Source: Octopus sinensis (lineage: Eukaryota). Taken from it: a stretch of DNA of 64,000 nucleotides. Shown piece after piece: positions 11,640-25,894 of the stretch. The position numbers were made by a program, and so were the translations under genes. The notes under the pieces are model-generated. The model was not told where the DNA came from. It saw only the letters and a list, made by a program, of their open reading frames with translations, and searched no databases. Every line of letters starts with the position of its first letter. The stretch's first letter is position 1. Location: contig NC_043007.1 in the NCBI RefSeq assembly GCF_006345805.1, positions 45,756,001-45,820,000 of the forward strand, given 5' to 3'.

Positions 11640-14600
11640 TTGTGTGTGTGCGTTTGTGTGTGTTTGTGTATGTGCATATGTGTGTGTGTGTATACACGGA
11701 TATATGCATGACAACAAAAGAATGAATGAGACCTCGATATTATGTAAATAGAGGAATGCGTCGAAGGCCGTCGTACATATATTTGTAATTATCAGGCTTT
11801 AAAAATAAGTTCTGGGATGGATTCTATCGATTACATTCCTTCAAGGCCGTATTCCAGAATGGCCTTAGCCTAATGACTGAAACGAGTAAAAGATTTTCTT
11901 CATATAATAAATAGTTTGACTTGAAGAAAAAAAAATAAAGAAATATATGCTAATCACATTACACCGCTATAAGGTTATTAAAACAATGAGTTCGTGGATG
12001 ATCAATGGTTCCGATCGGTGCAGATGAAGGAGAAAAACTCCCGAATATGGCATATACGCCTATTGCCCATTTTGTCTTCCTCGATCTCATTGTTTGTTTA
12101 CATCTGGCGTCTCGGATACCAAACGTCGTAACAAACTCCGTACTGGCTATAATTTCCATAGAAAATCTGTAGAGATGACTTAACACGTGATTTAAGAGTA
12201 TTGCTCGCACAGTTGTACACGTGTTGTCTTAAGAAATTGTTCAATATACTTTATAGTATTTTATGCTTGCATAAAGAAATGCCGTGTTCCTACAAGTTAT
12301 TAATGTGTAAAATCCTTAAATCCTTAAAAATGTTTCAGCTCGAAAGCTGCGGCCATGCTGGGGCACCACCGTTAAACGTGCTACACTAGTATGTGAAACC
12401 ACCTCTGATGAGGTGGTTTCACAAGGGAGTTCGACGCCGCTGCCCGCATCTGTGTTTCCTGCCGAGAGGTAGGTTCATCTGGAATCCCTGACAAGAAGAG
12501 ATCCAGTCTAGTTTTAAAGAAACCCATTGTTTCTCTTTAACTGTTTTGAGAAGCCATTATCACACTACACCAACACAATGAGGCATGCTGTAACCTTATA
12601 ACATTTTAAATCTGCCTCTTTTGTTCTTGTCTTCGAGTCGATCTATTTGAAATAAATCAACTCGGGAGGTCCTAACTCGACAACACAATTCTTAATTCTT
12701 TTCTGTCAAATATGATTTATCATTCTACAAGTGGTAATTAAAACTCATCACATGTAATTGACCCAATGTTTCAACCCACCTGTCTAGACGTACATTACTC
12801 GAAGTGTACGTTTTTGCTTAATTTGGTATGACACCAATTTAAGGAGATGTGGTTACCACGTCTACAGGATTAGACGATCTTTAAAATACTTTTCTTAGTT
12901 CAACATTCTAACATAGGAAATCGGCGAAGGCCACGATTATCTAACTAAGGCAATGCATGAATTTCACCTACTGGAAAATACGCAAGACACACACATAAAT
13001 GATATTTATTTCAGGACTTGATAGCTTCTGAGAAATGTCTACGGTGTTGAGACAGTAATAAAGAATTGTTCTATATTATACTGAAGTTTATGTAATCAGT
13101 CTTGATGTGACACCACAGGCACCAGACTGTTCAAACCCCATAGAAATCTGGAACGACTAAGAAGGGGGCACCAATTGAAAATTATTTGCCGGAGCCAACA
13201 ACTTTTACGTTGGTAATGCAATAGAAACCCTGTCTTTGCCGGTTGTTTCTAACTAAATCTACTCTACTGAAAACCATGTCTCTCACTCTCACTTTTACTT
13301 TCCCTCTCTTATTCTCTTTCTCTCAATCGCGCAGACTCAAAAACAGATACATTCTCAAACATTCTTATATTCACGCAACTTAACATTACTAAATAACAAC
13401 AATACTGTTGTATAAAATAAAATAAACAACTGTTCATGGTTCATGTTGTATTGCAGCTATTTGCAGTCCTTTATTCTTGAATTAGCTGGAAATATGATAC
13501 TTCAGTGAGATAAAAAGAAAGCTAAGCCATCAATTAATTGCATACTGAAATCTGCAGGGCCTAATTAATTCAATAATTATAATTGATACACAGCTTTCAG
13601 CTGCAGCATCGTCTAAAGAATATATTTCATTAGGTTAGCAGAATGAAACGCCGTATTTTATTGTCGTATGAGCTGTCATACCATTTCAATTAAGGGATCG
13701 CTACTGTCACATGTACATGGTGTGTTTCGCAGTGTGATATATAAGGAAAGATACACCGAAGAGAACAATTGTTTTCTTTCATCACTTACTGTCTATTGAA
13801 ACAAATAACTTAATACGAAATCAAATCTACTCCACAAATGGAAATTCTTTCAAGACAAAATCTGTTCTAACAAGCGTCTAACTTGTTGAATCTATAAAAA
13901 GGAAATATTTCATGATATTATTTTATAGAATTATTCTGGATTTTTGTATTGAATATTCTAGAATTTGCTGTGTTAAAGGTTTTTCATATCAAAGAAACCA
14001 AGTAGAATTTGAATCATTTATTTTTATCTCAATTATAAAACACATTTGCCAGGGAAATTTCCATGGAGACATATTTAATACACATATTGCTCAATAGATA
14101 TATTTCACTATAATAGCGCTCCATCTGGTTGGAATTTATATCCTAATTGCCTGGTGTCGATAATAACGATATGGTTTCTCTACTATATATATCTATGACC
14201 TCGAAAAATTTGGAATTTCCCCTTCACATGAAAATAACAAAGGTTCGTAACATAGGAACATAACCACCAATTTTAGATGAAGAATATACACCATTGAAAT
14301 CATCGGGGAATTTATGGCTATGTTATCGAACTAAGAGAGATAAAAGGAAAGTCAAGAAATTTATATGATATTTCCAGCAAGATCTGGAAATATCAACCAG
14401 AAAGCATTTTGTACATTGTTTTCCCGTTTCTATCATTCGAGAGATTGATAAAAATTACAATAGGAAAAATAATTTTTGAAATCTATGGAATCTAGATGCC
14501 AAAACAGATGATAGGTTACAGTAACATTTAACACGAATGGAAGAAGACTTAATTAATTTGTGGTCGTCATCAGTATCAAATATTCATGCTAGTACATGCC

Positions 14601-16669
14601 AAGCAAACCTCTACTGCCAGCTGATATAGTTAAACAGTAATTGTAAGGTCAGTCATGTCGAATTTAGCCAACAGGCTGGATGAATACCGAAGTATAGAAG
14701 GCTTTCAATAGTTTACGCATATTTAAAAGAAAAATATGTTGTATAGATCTTATAAAAAAAATCGTTCATTATATTTGTAATCCAGATATTTGTACTCCCC
14801 ACTAACACCGTATTTTAAATTGTATTTTTACTCACAATTCTCGTAATGAAACTTTCGCCATATGCTTTCATATAGGAAGTAAGTGTCCTTTATATCAAAT
14901 AGATGGTATTCATAAATGATGCATTTATGTCAAGTTATAACAACATATACCACATATTATAACATACTACTATCTTGAAGAGGATGGTCTAGCATGGTGT
15001 TAGTAGTATTCGCTAAATAAAGATGGAGATATATTAAAGACCCGTATTTACTATCAAGATAGGTGTGCTGAAAATAACTGTCTAACATCAAAATGAAATA
15101 CAGGAAATTAATTATTTCTCGCATAAGTTAAGTGGAATCAACAACTGCTAAAAAAACAGAAAAAAAAAAGAAATCACCGAAAACGCCTTTACTGTATTTG
15201 TTGATTTATTTCTTTAACATGTTTAAATATAAGTTTTATGATAACGTCTGATGTTCGCTGATTAAGGAACAGAAGATGAAAAAAATAGAAGTTGTAAAAA
15301 GGTAGTTATACTCTTATGAATTATAAAAATGTATTTTTAGAATTAGATGTTGTCCATTACATACGTAAAGCTATTAATAAAACACTTGAAGTCTTTATTA
15401 ATCACACTTTTTTATCAATGTCTACTATATAAAAGTTCTAGGAACATTTCACTCCAAACATTATGTAAACGACAACCAAATTGTTGACACCTTCTATCCT
15501 AACATTGGTGATAAGTGCTCTTCGTTGTAAAAAACACATAATTCTCGGTGGTTCAGATTACGTTGTAGTCTAAACATTTATGTAATGAAGGACCATGTCG
15601 AATGCTTACATTGCTTTGTAAAGTTCAAATCTGCGAAGTGCAGTATTCAGACTGATTTTTCTGTTCAGGTTATCATGATAGCAGTATAATTTCAATGGTT
15701 TTCCACCGACCTAATTTGTCTCACTGTGATTCATATGTCTTTTATCGACATTATAAATCTAGTCTTAATATATCATATACTGGAGTAATGTAAATACCAC
15801 AATTTCTTAACCAAATTAACACAAAGTAATAAGACTAAATACAATTATTTTGTTATTTCCTCTACTCACTGCTGTAGAGACATTTTGGAGACTCTCGATA
15901 CTGGCTTTTCATACATACAGTGAATTGTTTTTGCGCATGATAATATATTTGCTTCCAAAGTCATAAGAATTCTAACGAATCAGGCATATGACTGCAATAA
16001 ATCGGACAATTTAGATATTAAATATACACATGAGAGAACGTAATTTCATTACAGGATAGGCTCCTATTATCAACGTTATAAAAGTGATAGTAATGTGCAA
16101 AATATGAGAAGCTTCTATTCTCAATGCTGCCTATAAACATTATCAATGCTGCCTATAAACAAAAGTTTTGATTTAAATCGGTATCGACCCTTATATACTG
16201 CATTATGTGAAACCGCACCTGAACAAATCTTTAAGAATGGTAATGGGATCAATAAGACAGTACGTTTGTTTAATGGACCTTCTCAATTTTCCACCAGCAT
16301 GACTCACATTTCGCCATTTAGTGCTGCAATTAACAGTTTCGTAATGACGGGGCTGTTTGCTTTTATTCCGTGGCAAATTGGTTGTCGGTTATCTTAACGA
16401 TTCAACACTGCTTTCCATCATAGACACTTCAAGTGAGTTACGGTAATTTCCTAGATTTGATTAGAATAGGTAATAGGAATTTTGCATCAGAATTATATTA
16501 CGCAAAGTGAAATAAACTATTTAGCATTGGATTTCTTCCATCTAGTACATATTCCATGATCTTACGTCGCATGGATTCTCTCCACTACGAAAAGTTCGAA
16601 AAAGGAACAAAGTGTGAAACATATCAAGACAAATAAGAGCGACACATATAGTAATGCAATAGAGAGAGA

Positions 16670-16700
<31 letters not shown>

Positions 16701-17398
16701 GGAGAGACAGAGATTGAGAAAGGGAGAGGAGGAAGAGGCAAAGGGAGAGTGGGGGAAGGAGAAATTGAGAGTTATGTAAAAATAAAGAAACAAGAAAAGA
16801 AAAAGAAGTGTTTTAGAAAGGTTGAATTGTTCAGCGAGTTTGATTGAACGCACATTGATCTCAAATATCAAGTTCGTTTTACTAAAAATGTGAGGGTGTA
16901 AATCAATTGACAATGAAAATTACAAATAATATGTAATTTTAGTATCAAACATTTGATAGTCTTATTTTTATAAGCAATCCGTTGAATGCTTCATTTACAA
17001 ACTTTTTCCAAATTTGTATGTATATATATATATATATATATATATTTGGGTGAATATCTTTTTCCCCATTGATAGAGTTTTGGCGGTCATGATGGCTATA
17101 CTAAGTTTAAATGTAATAAAGTTGATCTCGATGACCAGAGATTTGATTTTTCAATAATATATATCTGCTTTGCTTTTCTAAGTTCATCCGAGAACAGTAT
17201 TGATTTTGCATTCAGACAGAAAGGCGTCTTCTTTAAGAAGCATTGTCAATTGATTTGAAAATACTAGGTATTACGGGATTAAAATAATAATGATAAGAAC
17301 AACAACGCCAACAACAACAGCAACAATGATAATAATGATAATAATAGAAACAACCACAATAATAATAGTAAAAATATTATTATTATTATTATTATTAC

Positions 17399-17449
<51 letters not shown>

Positions 17450-17469
17450 CAATGTGGTTGTTATTGTAA

Positions 17470-17916
17470 CACCAGCAGGACGATCCTAGTTAATCGACCA
17501 GACAATCGGTAAAGACAGGGAAGAAAATACTTGCAGACTAAGATGTAAGTGTTCACACTGATAAGAATATATACCTGTTAAAGAATTTGACAAATTAAGT
17601 AAATATAAGGACCTGGAAATAGAAATACAAGAGATGCGGCATCTTAAAGAGAGAACTGTTTCTGTTATTGTGGATGCGCTACGTATTATAGAAAAGGAAT
17701 GTCAGAAACATCTAGATAATATCTCAGGAGAACCATATCTCAGAGAAATCTAAAAGATTGTACTGATAAGTAGTGTCCACATCCTTAGAAAAAACAATAT
17801 CCTTTAAAATATCTGTTGTATTATATAAAGAACTTTCGCTACTGTCCTTGTCACTTCCTCTCCCCATCTCTTATTCTTCACTCGCTCTAGGACTCTCGGT
17901 GAGTCTCGGCAAGTGA
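17470..17916 (+). mobile_element. R4/Dong-type non-LTR element, 3' fragment (restriction-like endonuclease end plus 3' UTR)
   Basis: Reads ..KDREENTC..DVSVHTDKNI..KEFDKLSKYKDLEIEIQEMRHLK..VSVIVDAL..KIVLISSVHILRK. Preceded by (TAT)n at 17376-17449. Confidence 0.8.
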
Positions 17917-18270
17917 TAAAGACCTGAACATGGAAATACAAAAGACGTAGCATCTTAAAGCAAGGACTGTTCCTGTTATTTTAGGTGCCCTAGGTACGTA
18001 AAAAAGGGATGTCAGAAACATGTAGTTAGCATCTAGGAGAACCATGTCTCACAGAAATCCAAAAGATTCTGCTGACAAGTACTACGCACATCCTTAGAAA
18101 AAACCTATCCATTTAAATGTCTCTGTTGTATTACTTAAAGATATTTCGCTACTGCCCCTGTCACTTCTCCTCGCCAAACTTTCAGTCATACTGTAACATC
18201 TCTTATCCTTCACTCGCCCTAGGACGCTGGGGGTGTCTTAGCAAGTGACTGTAATAAGCATGCAAGTTAA
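17917..18270 (+). mobile_element. Second, tandem R4/Dong-type 3' fragment of the same family
   Basis: Diverged direct repeat of 17605-17916 (KDLNMEIQK..VPVILGALG..EIQKILLTSTTHILRKNLSI*). Followed by an AAC/ACT/AAT microsatellite at 18278-18408. Confidence 0.8.
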
Positions 18271-18306
18271 AAAAAGTAAACAACAACAATAATACTACTA
18301 CTACTG

Positions 18307-18369
<63 letters not shown>

Positions 18370-18414
18370 ATAATAATAATAATAATAATAATCATACTAC
18401 TAATAATAGATAAA

Positions 18415-19376
18415 TCAACTGTTTGAAGGTGGTTTGCAAGATTTAAAACTGCAGAGTTTAGCTATGAAGATGACAGTTGCGATGGAAGACCTTCAAAATT
18501 GTGAGAAGATGTTTTGAAGGCAAATATGAAAGAAAAGTAAAATATCACAACTAGAGAACTCGCAGAAAAGCTGGCCGTTTCTAAAAGTATGGCTTATGAA
18601 CACCTAGTGAAACTAGGATACATTTCTCGCTATAATGTATGGGCTTCTCACAAACTCTCAGGAAAGAATTACTTGGACCGGTATTCCGTTTTTGATAACC
18701 TTTTGAAACGGAATGAAAGCATGCCGTTTTTGAAACAACTTGTGATTGGAAATGAAAGTTGGATTGTGTGCGAAAACGTAGTGCGAAATAGATCCTAGAA
18801 TTTGTGTAAGGTTCCCCGAAAATAGCAACCATATACGAATATTCATGCCAAAAAAGCTATGCTTTGTGTTTGATAGGATCATAAAGGCATTACTTATTAT
18901 GAGCTTCTCCCACATAACCAGACCATTAATTCTGATGCGTACTGTCGTCAGCTGGCTAATTGGAGCCAAGAGAATTGAGGCCGCAGATTGCCATCAGGAA
19001 ATGAGTAGTGTTCCAACATCTTTGACTATCCGAATAAAGTTACATGAACTTGGCAGGGATCTCTTAATCCATTCACCATATTCTGATGGTGCACCGTTCG
19101 ACTACCACTTGTTTTTGTGTCAACAGAATTCATTGAAAGGGAAAACATTTAACGATTTAGATGGAGCCAAGACGCATCTAGATAACTTTTTTCTTCAAAA
19201 CCAGTCAAATTTTATGCTGATAGAATATTTAAAATGCCTGATAGATGGACAGTGGTCATTAAGGTCATTAATGATAGTTAAAATTATTTCATTGAATAAA
19301 AGTTTCCGAAAAGTCAATTATTTATATCCATTTTTGCATATTAAAACATGCTCAAAACTTTCCGGGAAACCAATTA
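18415..19376 (+). mobile_element. Mariner transposase relic, 5'-truncated, with 3' terminal inverted repeat (TIR)
   Basis: WFARFK..EDD..GRP helix-turn-helix (HTH), ITTRELAEKL, PFLKQLVIGNESWIVCEN (degenerate TGDEKW), HSPYSDGAPFDYHLF (YSPDLAPSDYHLF). Ends aactttccgggaaaccaa|TA-like. Confidence 0.88.
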
Positions 19377-20207
19377 GTTGCATCCCACTTTTATAATTAC
19401 TGGATCGATGAAGGAAGAAATAGCATGCTACAGTTTCGAGTATCCGTTACCGCCACAGGATCTGCTACTGTTGCAAATTGGTGAAACCGAATTTTTTTTG
19501 GTATACTTATTGAGGTATTCGTTTGCAATGCAAGCTGTCTGCAAGGTATTATTTTAAAAATGAAATCTTCAAAGTTGTACTGCAGTGTTTTCCTATTGGA
19601 TATCAATAGCATTTACTAGACGTAGGATAAACTAACATCGATTCTCACGAAGGTTCTAAATTATTTGTAGAAAATCAGCAGAATAAATAATTAATTACTT
19701 CGGCAGATAACAATTTAACTTCTTGGCTGCAAGATATTTAGATTGAATATTATATTTCAATGATGTCTGTAGGCGGAACGAACGAAATTTGTTGCATGGT
19801 GAGGAGGACAGCACAATGAACGATTGGTTATCTTATGCTTCAAGAGAGGAGGCTGTTTTGCAGGATTATTTTGTAATATGTTTAAGAAAAATGGCATTCA
19901 CGTAATCAAATTCTAACTTCACGACGACTACAAGATATTATCATCGTTTCGTATATTATTCCAAACTAGCATACTTGTGCCGCCGAAAATGCCGAGAGCT
20001 TTGTTAATGATAGAACATGGCGCAACAAAACAATGGGAGAAACAATTGACAAATATCAGCAGTCATCTAAATGTATGTACATACAAAGAATTAAAACACG
20101 TGAATATTCAGATAAGGTTGTAACATCGCAGGTTAAAATGTTACTGCCTACGTAATATACATATATAAGTATGCATATATACATACATACATACATACAT
20201 ACATACA

Positions 20208-20243
<36 letters not shown>

Positions 20244-21597
20244 TATACAGACACACACACACGCACATATATACATTAAAGTGTGAATTAAAAGCAGCTC
20301 TAGTTATGTAAACATTATCGGTCGAACATAGTGTATATCTTTTGTTTATACGCAACATTTCCTTCGGGAGAGCGTCCGGGGTATAATCTCAAACTACGCC
20401 GAATGTTAATGAACTCTTGATCCGAATACACAATATGTATAAATCACAATAATGACGACACCTGGGTATCTATCATTCTCGGTGTTTTCAAGGCGAGTTG
20501 TCTCTCCTGTTGCATAACAATCAAGTGTTCTATAACATCCGGTGTCGTTTGGTAACCTTCCCTGGACACTATCCCGCAGTAAATTTTGCGTGACCGACGT
20601 GGAGCGCATTGTGTTTTATCATACGTAAGATATTTTCCATAACATATTTCTGTGATTATTCTTTTGACAATTCTAAACATTTATTCTCATTACTGAATGT
20701 GTTTGTCTCTTTTGTTCCTCTCCTCAAATATTACATACAATCTTCATCAAGAAAATTAAGCCCCAGTGTGTACTCTCAACTAATTGCAATATATCCTCCC
20801 AAATGATAAAATTTTCGATATTTCGGAGTCCGTAAATACAACAATGTACAAATACTAATACATTGATACTCAACTGCGAATGAACACATAATTACTTAAT
20901 TTAAAAGAGAATGTTAGGAAACACGATCTGGTTTACGACGGTGAAAAATAACAACATTGAAATATTAATATCTCTTTTATGCACAAGATCTCGTAAATCA
21001 GAAGAATCTACGCGGTGTTATGCATAAAATAAATATCATATAACTAACCGCAATCTGTCAAAATCATAGACATGCAATTACGCTATCTCCTAATTAGGTT
21101 AACCACAAATATGCTAGCATAATTTACTGCTGCATTACACAGTGGCAGATATAGGTCATCGTTTAGAGAAGAAAGCTCGGTGTGTCTCATCAAAGCAGTG
21201 GCCAGCGGGCCATGAAATTGTTCCTCACGCGACTCCCACCCTTTCTACCGTACACTAGTAGCTTAGAATGAATATACTTACGTTTTTATTTCACCCACAG
21301 TGAGGTTTTGTGATGTTGGAAATTATTTTAGTTTTGGTGACATCATATTTCATGGCTTGCAATCCACTTTGCATAAATAGAAATGCAAAAATGAAAATAC
21401 TAACATAAGTGGTTTACGAAAGGATGAACATTTGAATTTCGAAAATAGTTCATACTTATTTTGTAGAAAAGATCTGTATGATTCAATATCTGACATCTAT
21501 AAAGCATCATATAAATCTCAATTCTTGGTTCATAGATAACTTTATGAATACTGAATTTCCATCCATCAAGAAATTTTGGATTATACTTAGAGTATAT

Positions 21598-21906
21598 GGA
21601 GGTGCAATGACCCAGTGGTTAGGGCAGCAGACTCGGGGTCGTAGGATCGCGGTTTCGATTCCCAGACCGGACGTTGTGAGTGTTTATTGAGCGAAAACAC
21701 CTAAAGTTCCACGAGGCTTCGGCAGGGGGTGGTGGCGATCCCTGCTGTACTCTTTCGCCACAACTTTCTCTCACTCTTTCTTCTGTTAGCCTGCTCGCTT
21801 AGCCAGCGGGGTGTCGTCATTTGAACACTAAAACAATACGAAGCGCATTGTGAACAGCGATGTGTGGCGACATCTGATAGCCTAGTCGGTCACGTGGTCA
21901 CGTGGT
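21598..21906 (+). mobile_element. tRNA-derived SINE family C, full length
   Basis: tRNA-like head with A box TGACCCAGTGG and B box GGTTTCGATTCCC, a non-tRNA body and a (cacgtggt)x2 tail. A partial second copy lies at 52489-52580. Confidence 0.8.
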
Positions 21907-22337
21907 GGTCGTCACTAAGAGTACATACTATTTATTTACTTACAAGGATTGTATAAGCGAGTCATTCATGGAACATCTGCGTACGTGGTCAGTTCATTTC
22001 CTATAAACAGTATTAAAATTTATTCAGATCAATCCATATTGTTTCAAACAAGGAAAGTGAGTTATTAATATATAAATGTATATGATGTTGAAGATTGTAT
22101 AAGCTCTCATCGTAAGTCTACTTACTGATGGCCGAGATGGAAATAAAGACCTAAACATAAATGTACTTTAGCAAGCTTGGTGATAAAGCTATGTGATATC
22201 CTTCTATTGAAGATAGATATTTTCAGACAAACGAAAGAGTTGATGAGGAAAAGTTCTAGAGGAGGTGATTTGCTGAGAAGAAGCGTTTTTCAAGGATTTT
22301 GATAATGAGTATCAAAGACTGCGTCAACGTTTGAGCT

Positions 22338-22519
22338 AGCAGCAGCAGCAGTAGAAGAAGAAGAAGGAGGAGGAAAAGAAGAAGAAGAAGAAGAAGAAGA
22401 AGAAGAAGAAGAAGAGAAAGAAGAAGAAGAAAAGAAGAAGAAGAAGAAGAAGAAGAAGAAGAAGAAGAAGAAGAAGAGAAGAAGAAGAAGAAGAAGAAGA
22501 AGAAGAAGAAGAAGAAGAA
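22338..22519. repeat. (AGC)n/(AAG)n microsatellite
   Basis: Read directly. Confidence 0.97.
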
Positions 22520-24224
22520 ATTATAAGAGAGTGTATCACGATTATGACCTAAGTTTGATAAGCATCATTGAATAATTGCCATTTCAAAGGAAGAATGCAT
22601 GTGAATGTGTGATTATTGGACATTTCTATATTCGTGATTATTGTTCTCGCTGTGACCTACATCATGTTCTTATAGTGCGAGTTCATATAATTTCTTTTGC
22701 TTAACTTTAATTAATACATAAGCTCTCATCCATTGCAATGCCAACTTGGCAATTTCATTGATTGAAATGTAATGTAACAAATGCATCAGGTTAATTGGTT
22801 AATTTAACACTATTCATATACAACTGTTGCAATACTGCGCTCTATAGTCTTATGTATTAGAGCATTGTGTCCTGTTGATAATCAAATATCGAAATGTGAT
22901 AAAGAAGTGCAAACGCAAAATATTACTTGTGTTTTAGTTTTGCTTGGTTTTCAAAATTATTTTTCTAGCTTGTTTTCTCGTGAGGTTTCTCATCGTTTAT
23001 TAGTATTAATCATTAGGCTGAAATTTAATTCTGGTAATATCATTGCACTTATTTCAACTTTTGTTAAGTAAGGTGTTTTAGTTCAAGGACAGGATTCAAT
23101 GACTTTTGAAAATGAAATATAAGAAAAATAAATTGGAAAAAAAGAAAATTGCTACAGTCTCTATTTGAAAAAACAAAAAGCAAAATACAAAAAAACAATT
23201 CTATACTTTTGCATACTGTAATTTTAGATCTATTCCTGAGTGTTGTTATAGCAGCCATATCTGAAATTATTCTTTAAGTACATTTTCACTGTTTTCTCTG
23301 AAATTAAAACGGTGAAACTGGAGATTCACCCTCTCCATTAATGAAATTTTATTTATCATTCTGAGATCATCCAACAAAAAAAAAAAAAATAGAAAAAAGG
23401 AAAAGAAAATCGATATGTTGATTAATTATATTTCGCATGATTATTGACGTCAGCAAATGTCATAAGATTCGCACCTATATGGAAGCCATTATTTGAATAA
23501 AATTTGTCCGAGATATAGTAGCCCGAAAGAAAGTGCAACGCGAATATTGCTGTTCTTGATCTTGCTATTTATTCTCATGTCGGTATTCACTGAATATATT
23601 TTTCATCAATCAGGCTTTCTAGCCATGATCATCACGTCTCTTTAGAGATATAGCTAGCATCACTTTTAGACTTTGTGTATATACCTTTGTTTGAGACGGA
23701 AGAGTTTGATTGAAGAGTGCTTTCATTGCTATTTCTTAAAAATTGAGTGACTGCACATTTCATATCAGAGTAATTTACTCGTGGTCCTGTTTTAAAGCTA
23801 CGAAGACCCTGATTCCGAGTTCTCCCACATCGCACTGAGAATCAGATCTCAATTTTAAAGTTCTGGTGTATACATACACACGAACAACCATACTTATACG
23901 CAAATATACAGTCAAACAACCATACATACAAGCATACAGATTATATCAGTCTTCGATGACCAGTTATTCTATACTTTGTGTTTAATGCTTCTATTGTTGA
24001 GATTCCATCAGCGATATGGCAATATATTAATAGACACTCTTTACATTAAATTCATGTATTCACTGATAGCCTGTAATACGAATAATAAAGATCTACACAC
24101 ATTCCCTTTGGTTGAATGTCAGTTTATTATTCAGAAGCTTCCAACTTCTCCATATCACAATAATTGATATTGCAGCCTAAATATTTCCTTTCCATATACC
24201 AAATTAAATAGTTTCCTTGATGAT

Positions 24225-24257
<33 letters not shown>

Positions 24258-24774
24258 TATAATTCATGGGTTACATACTTCATGATTTTCTACGTCATCA
24301 TAATTTAAATTAAAATTTTCCTGAAATTGCCTTAGAGGGTAAGAATGATATTTCACGTTTATTACTTTTTACTCTTAATGGAGATGCTTTCATTGATAAG
24401 ATTTCCATACTTCTTTGAAGCTATTCCGCTTACTTTAGAATCTTCAGAACTTTATAATTATATCTCGCTTTAGTCAAAGGATTATCAGTGTTTCAACACC
24501 AGATCCTACGTGGTTCCGATTTCAGCTCTGCTATAAATTTACTACAAATTATTTCATATCAACCGACAATAGTTTTCAAATATGAACAATGGTTATAACA
24601 TCCACTTTAATAAAACATGTAATTTCTCTTTGGCTTGTCAAACGAATACTGGAGACTGAAGAGTAATCAAACGGCGACTCAAGTTCTATATCATTTCTAT
24701 TCACAAAGATCGAACGCAGAACAACTGGGATTCCATACAACTTTCTAAAAATAGGAGTCAATGCGGTCTAAAGT

Positions 24775-24958
24775 TAAACCGCACAGTCTTAAAGAAAGAA
24801 TGAAGGACATATAGGCTACATGGTGCTAGATATATCTGTAAAATGAACCTGATAGTCACGGCTGAAATGTTTTTGATCATAAATGGTTGGAATGGCTGGC
24901 CACGGTTGGAATGCTTCTGATCATGCTGAGGCTGGAATGTTGCTAAACAGCAACAACA
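24775..24958 (+). repeat. Old interspersed repeat (SINE-like 3' part); related fragments at ~25380-25510 (-) and ~31020-31130 (+)
   Basis: Three degenerate repeats of ggctggaatg..tgatcat ending in aacagcaacaac. The motif gtcttaaa..ggaca recurs at 31067-31086. Confidence 0.4.
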
Positions 24959-25203
24959 TGCATATTGCACTCTTTTTCCAGAACTAGGTTTCTAATTTTG
25001 ATCGCAATTTCGCTTCAGTAACGAATTTAATGCATTTTGCTAAGTTAAGTGAGTTTTCTTGATGTGGACACTTGGGTGTTGAAAGCGATTTCCCAAAGGA
25101 AAAACATTTGACGTTAAAATAATTTCATCTGGCATTGTGACGCTCAGTGATTCTATAATTTTTCAGTGCTATAACTGCAGAAAGGGAGAGAGAGAGAGAG
25201 AGT

Positions 25204-25235
<32 letters not shown>

Positions 25236-25734
25236 TGAGAGGGAGTGAGATGGAGGAGAGAGAATGGGAGGGATATAGAAAGAGAGAGAGAGAGAGAGAG
25301 AGAGATCAATAAATGAATTTTGATAGATTTGATATAATTTTGGCATCTTTCAACAACTCTGGTCGGGCAGAACTATTACTAAAATGATCCAAGCTATCAC
25401 CAATCTGACTTTTCAGACTGCTATATACTTCAGAAATGCATGGTGCGGTGTAATTTGAGAGCAATTCGGTTACTGCTGGTAGCTGGTCGGGAGAAAATAC
25501 AGAGCACTCATCGACTGCCCGTTTTCCAAGACTGATATTTTCATATGTGTAGAATTATTTCTAGGATTTCAGCAAGAGTTACTTGACATTTCTCGCAAAC
25601 CCAAATGCAGAACAGCAGACACCAACACACTCACACACACAAATACACACACACATTCACTTAAACGCACCCACTTCACAAACACGCTCGTAAATACGTT
25701 AATATGACTGATATTTTATTGTGTCAATTGAAAT

Positions 25735-25737
<3 letters not shown>

Positions 25738-25782
<45 letters not shown>

Positions 25783-25820
25783 ATATATATTATATGTATA
25801 TATATATTTATATGTATAAG

Positions 25821-25890
<70 letters not shown>
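25738..25890. repeat. Interrupted (TA)n microsatellite
   Basis: Read directly. Confidence 0.97.

Positions 25891-25894
<4 letters not shown>

Noticed and set aside
11959-12260. Minus-strand ORF with EFVTTFGIRDA, reminiscent of a Tc1/mariner N-terminal HTH
   Set aside because: A single weak motif with no TIR pair or catalytic residues identified.
12400-12425. CTGATGAG inside the 14-bp hairpin as a hammerhead core
   Set aside because: The motif is buried in the stem-loop and no downstream GAAA follows a stem II.
16121-16397. ORF MLPINKSFDLNRYRPL.. resembling an RT domain-1 motif
   Set aside because: No further RT motifs follow. The start lies in a 19-bp local duplication (tcaatgctgcctataaaca at 16121 and 16143), so this is likely chance.
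13400-16500. Long stretch free of obvious repeats, possibly regulatory
   Set aside because: Absence of recognisable repeats is not positive evidence, and no motif could be supported without conservation data.
21598-21670. tRNA-like sequence with A and B boxes
   Set aside because: It runs into a ~230-bp non-tRNA body, lacks a proper acceptor stem and has a second decayed copy at 52489, so it is a SINE head and not a tRNA gene.
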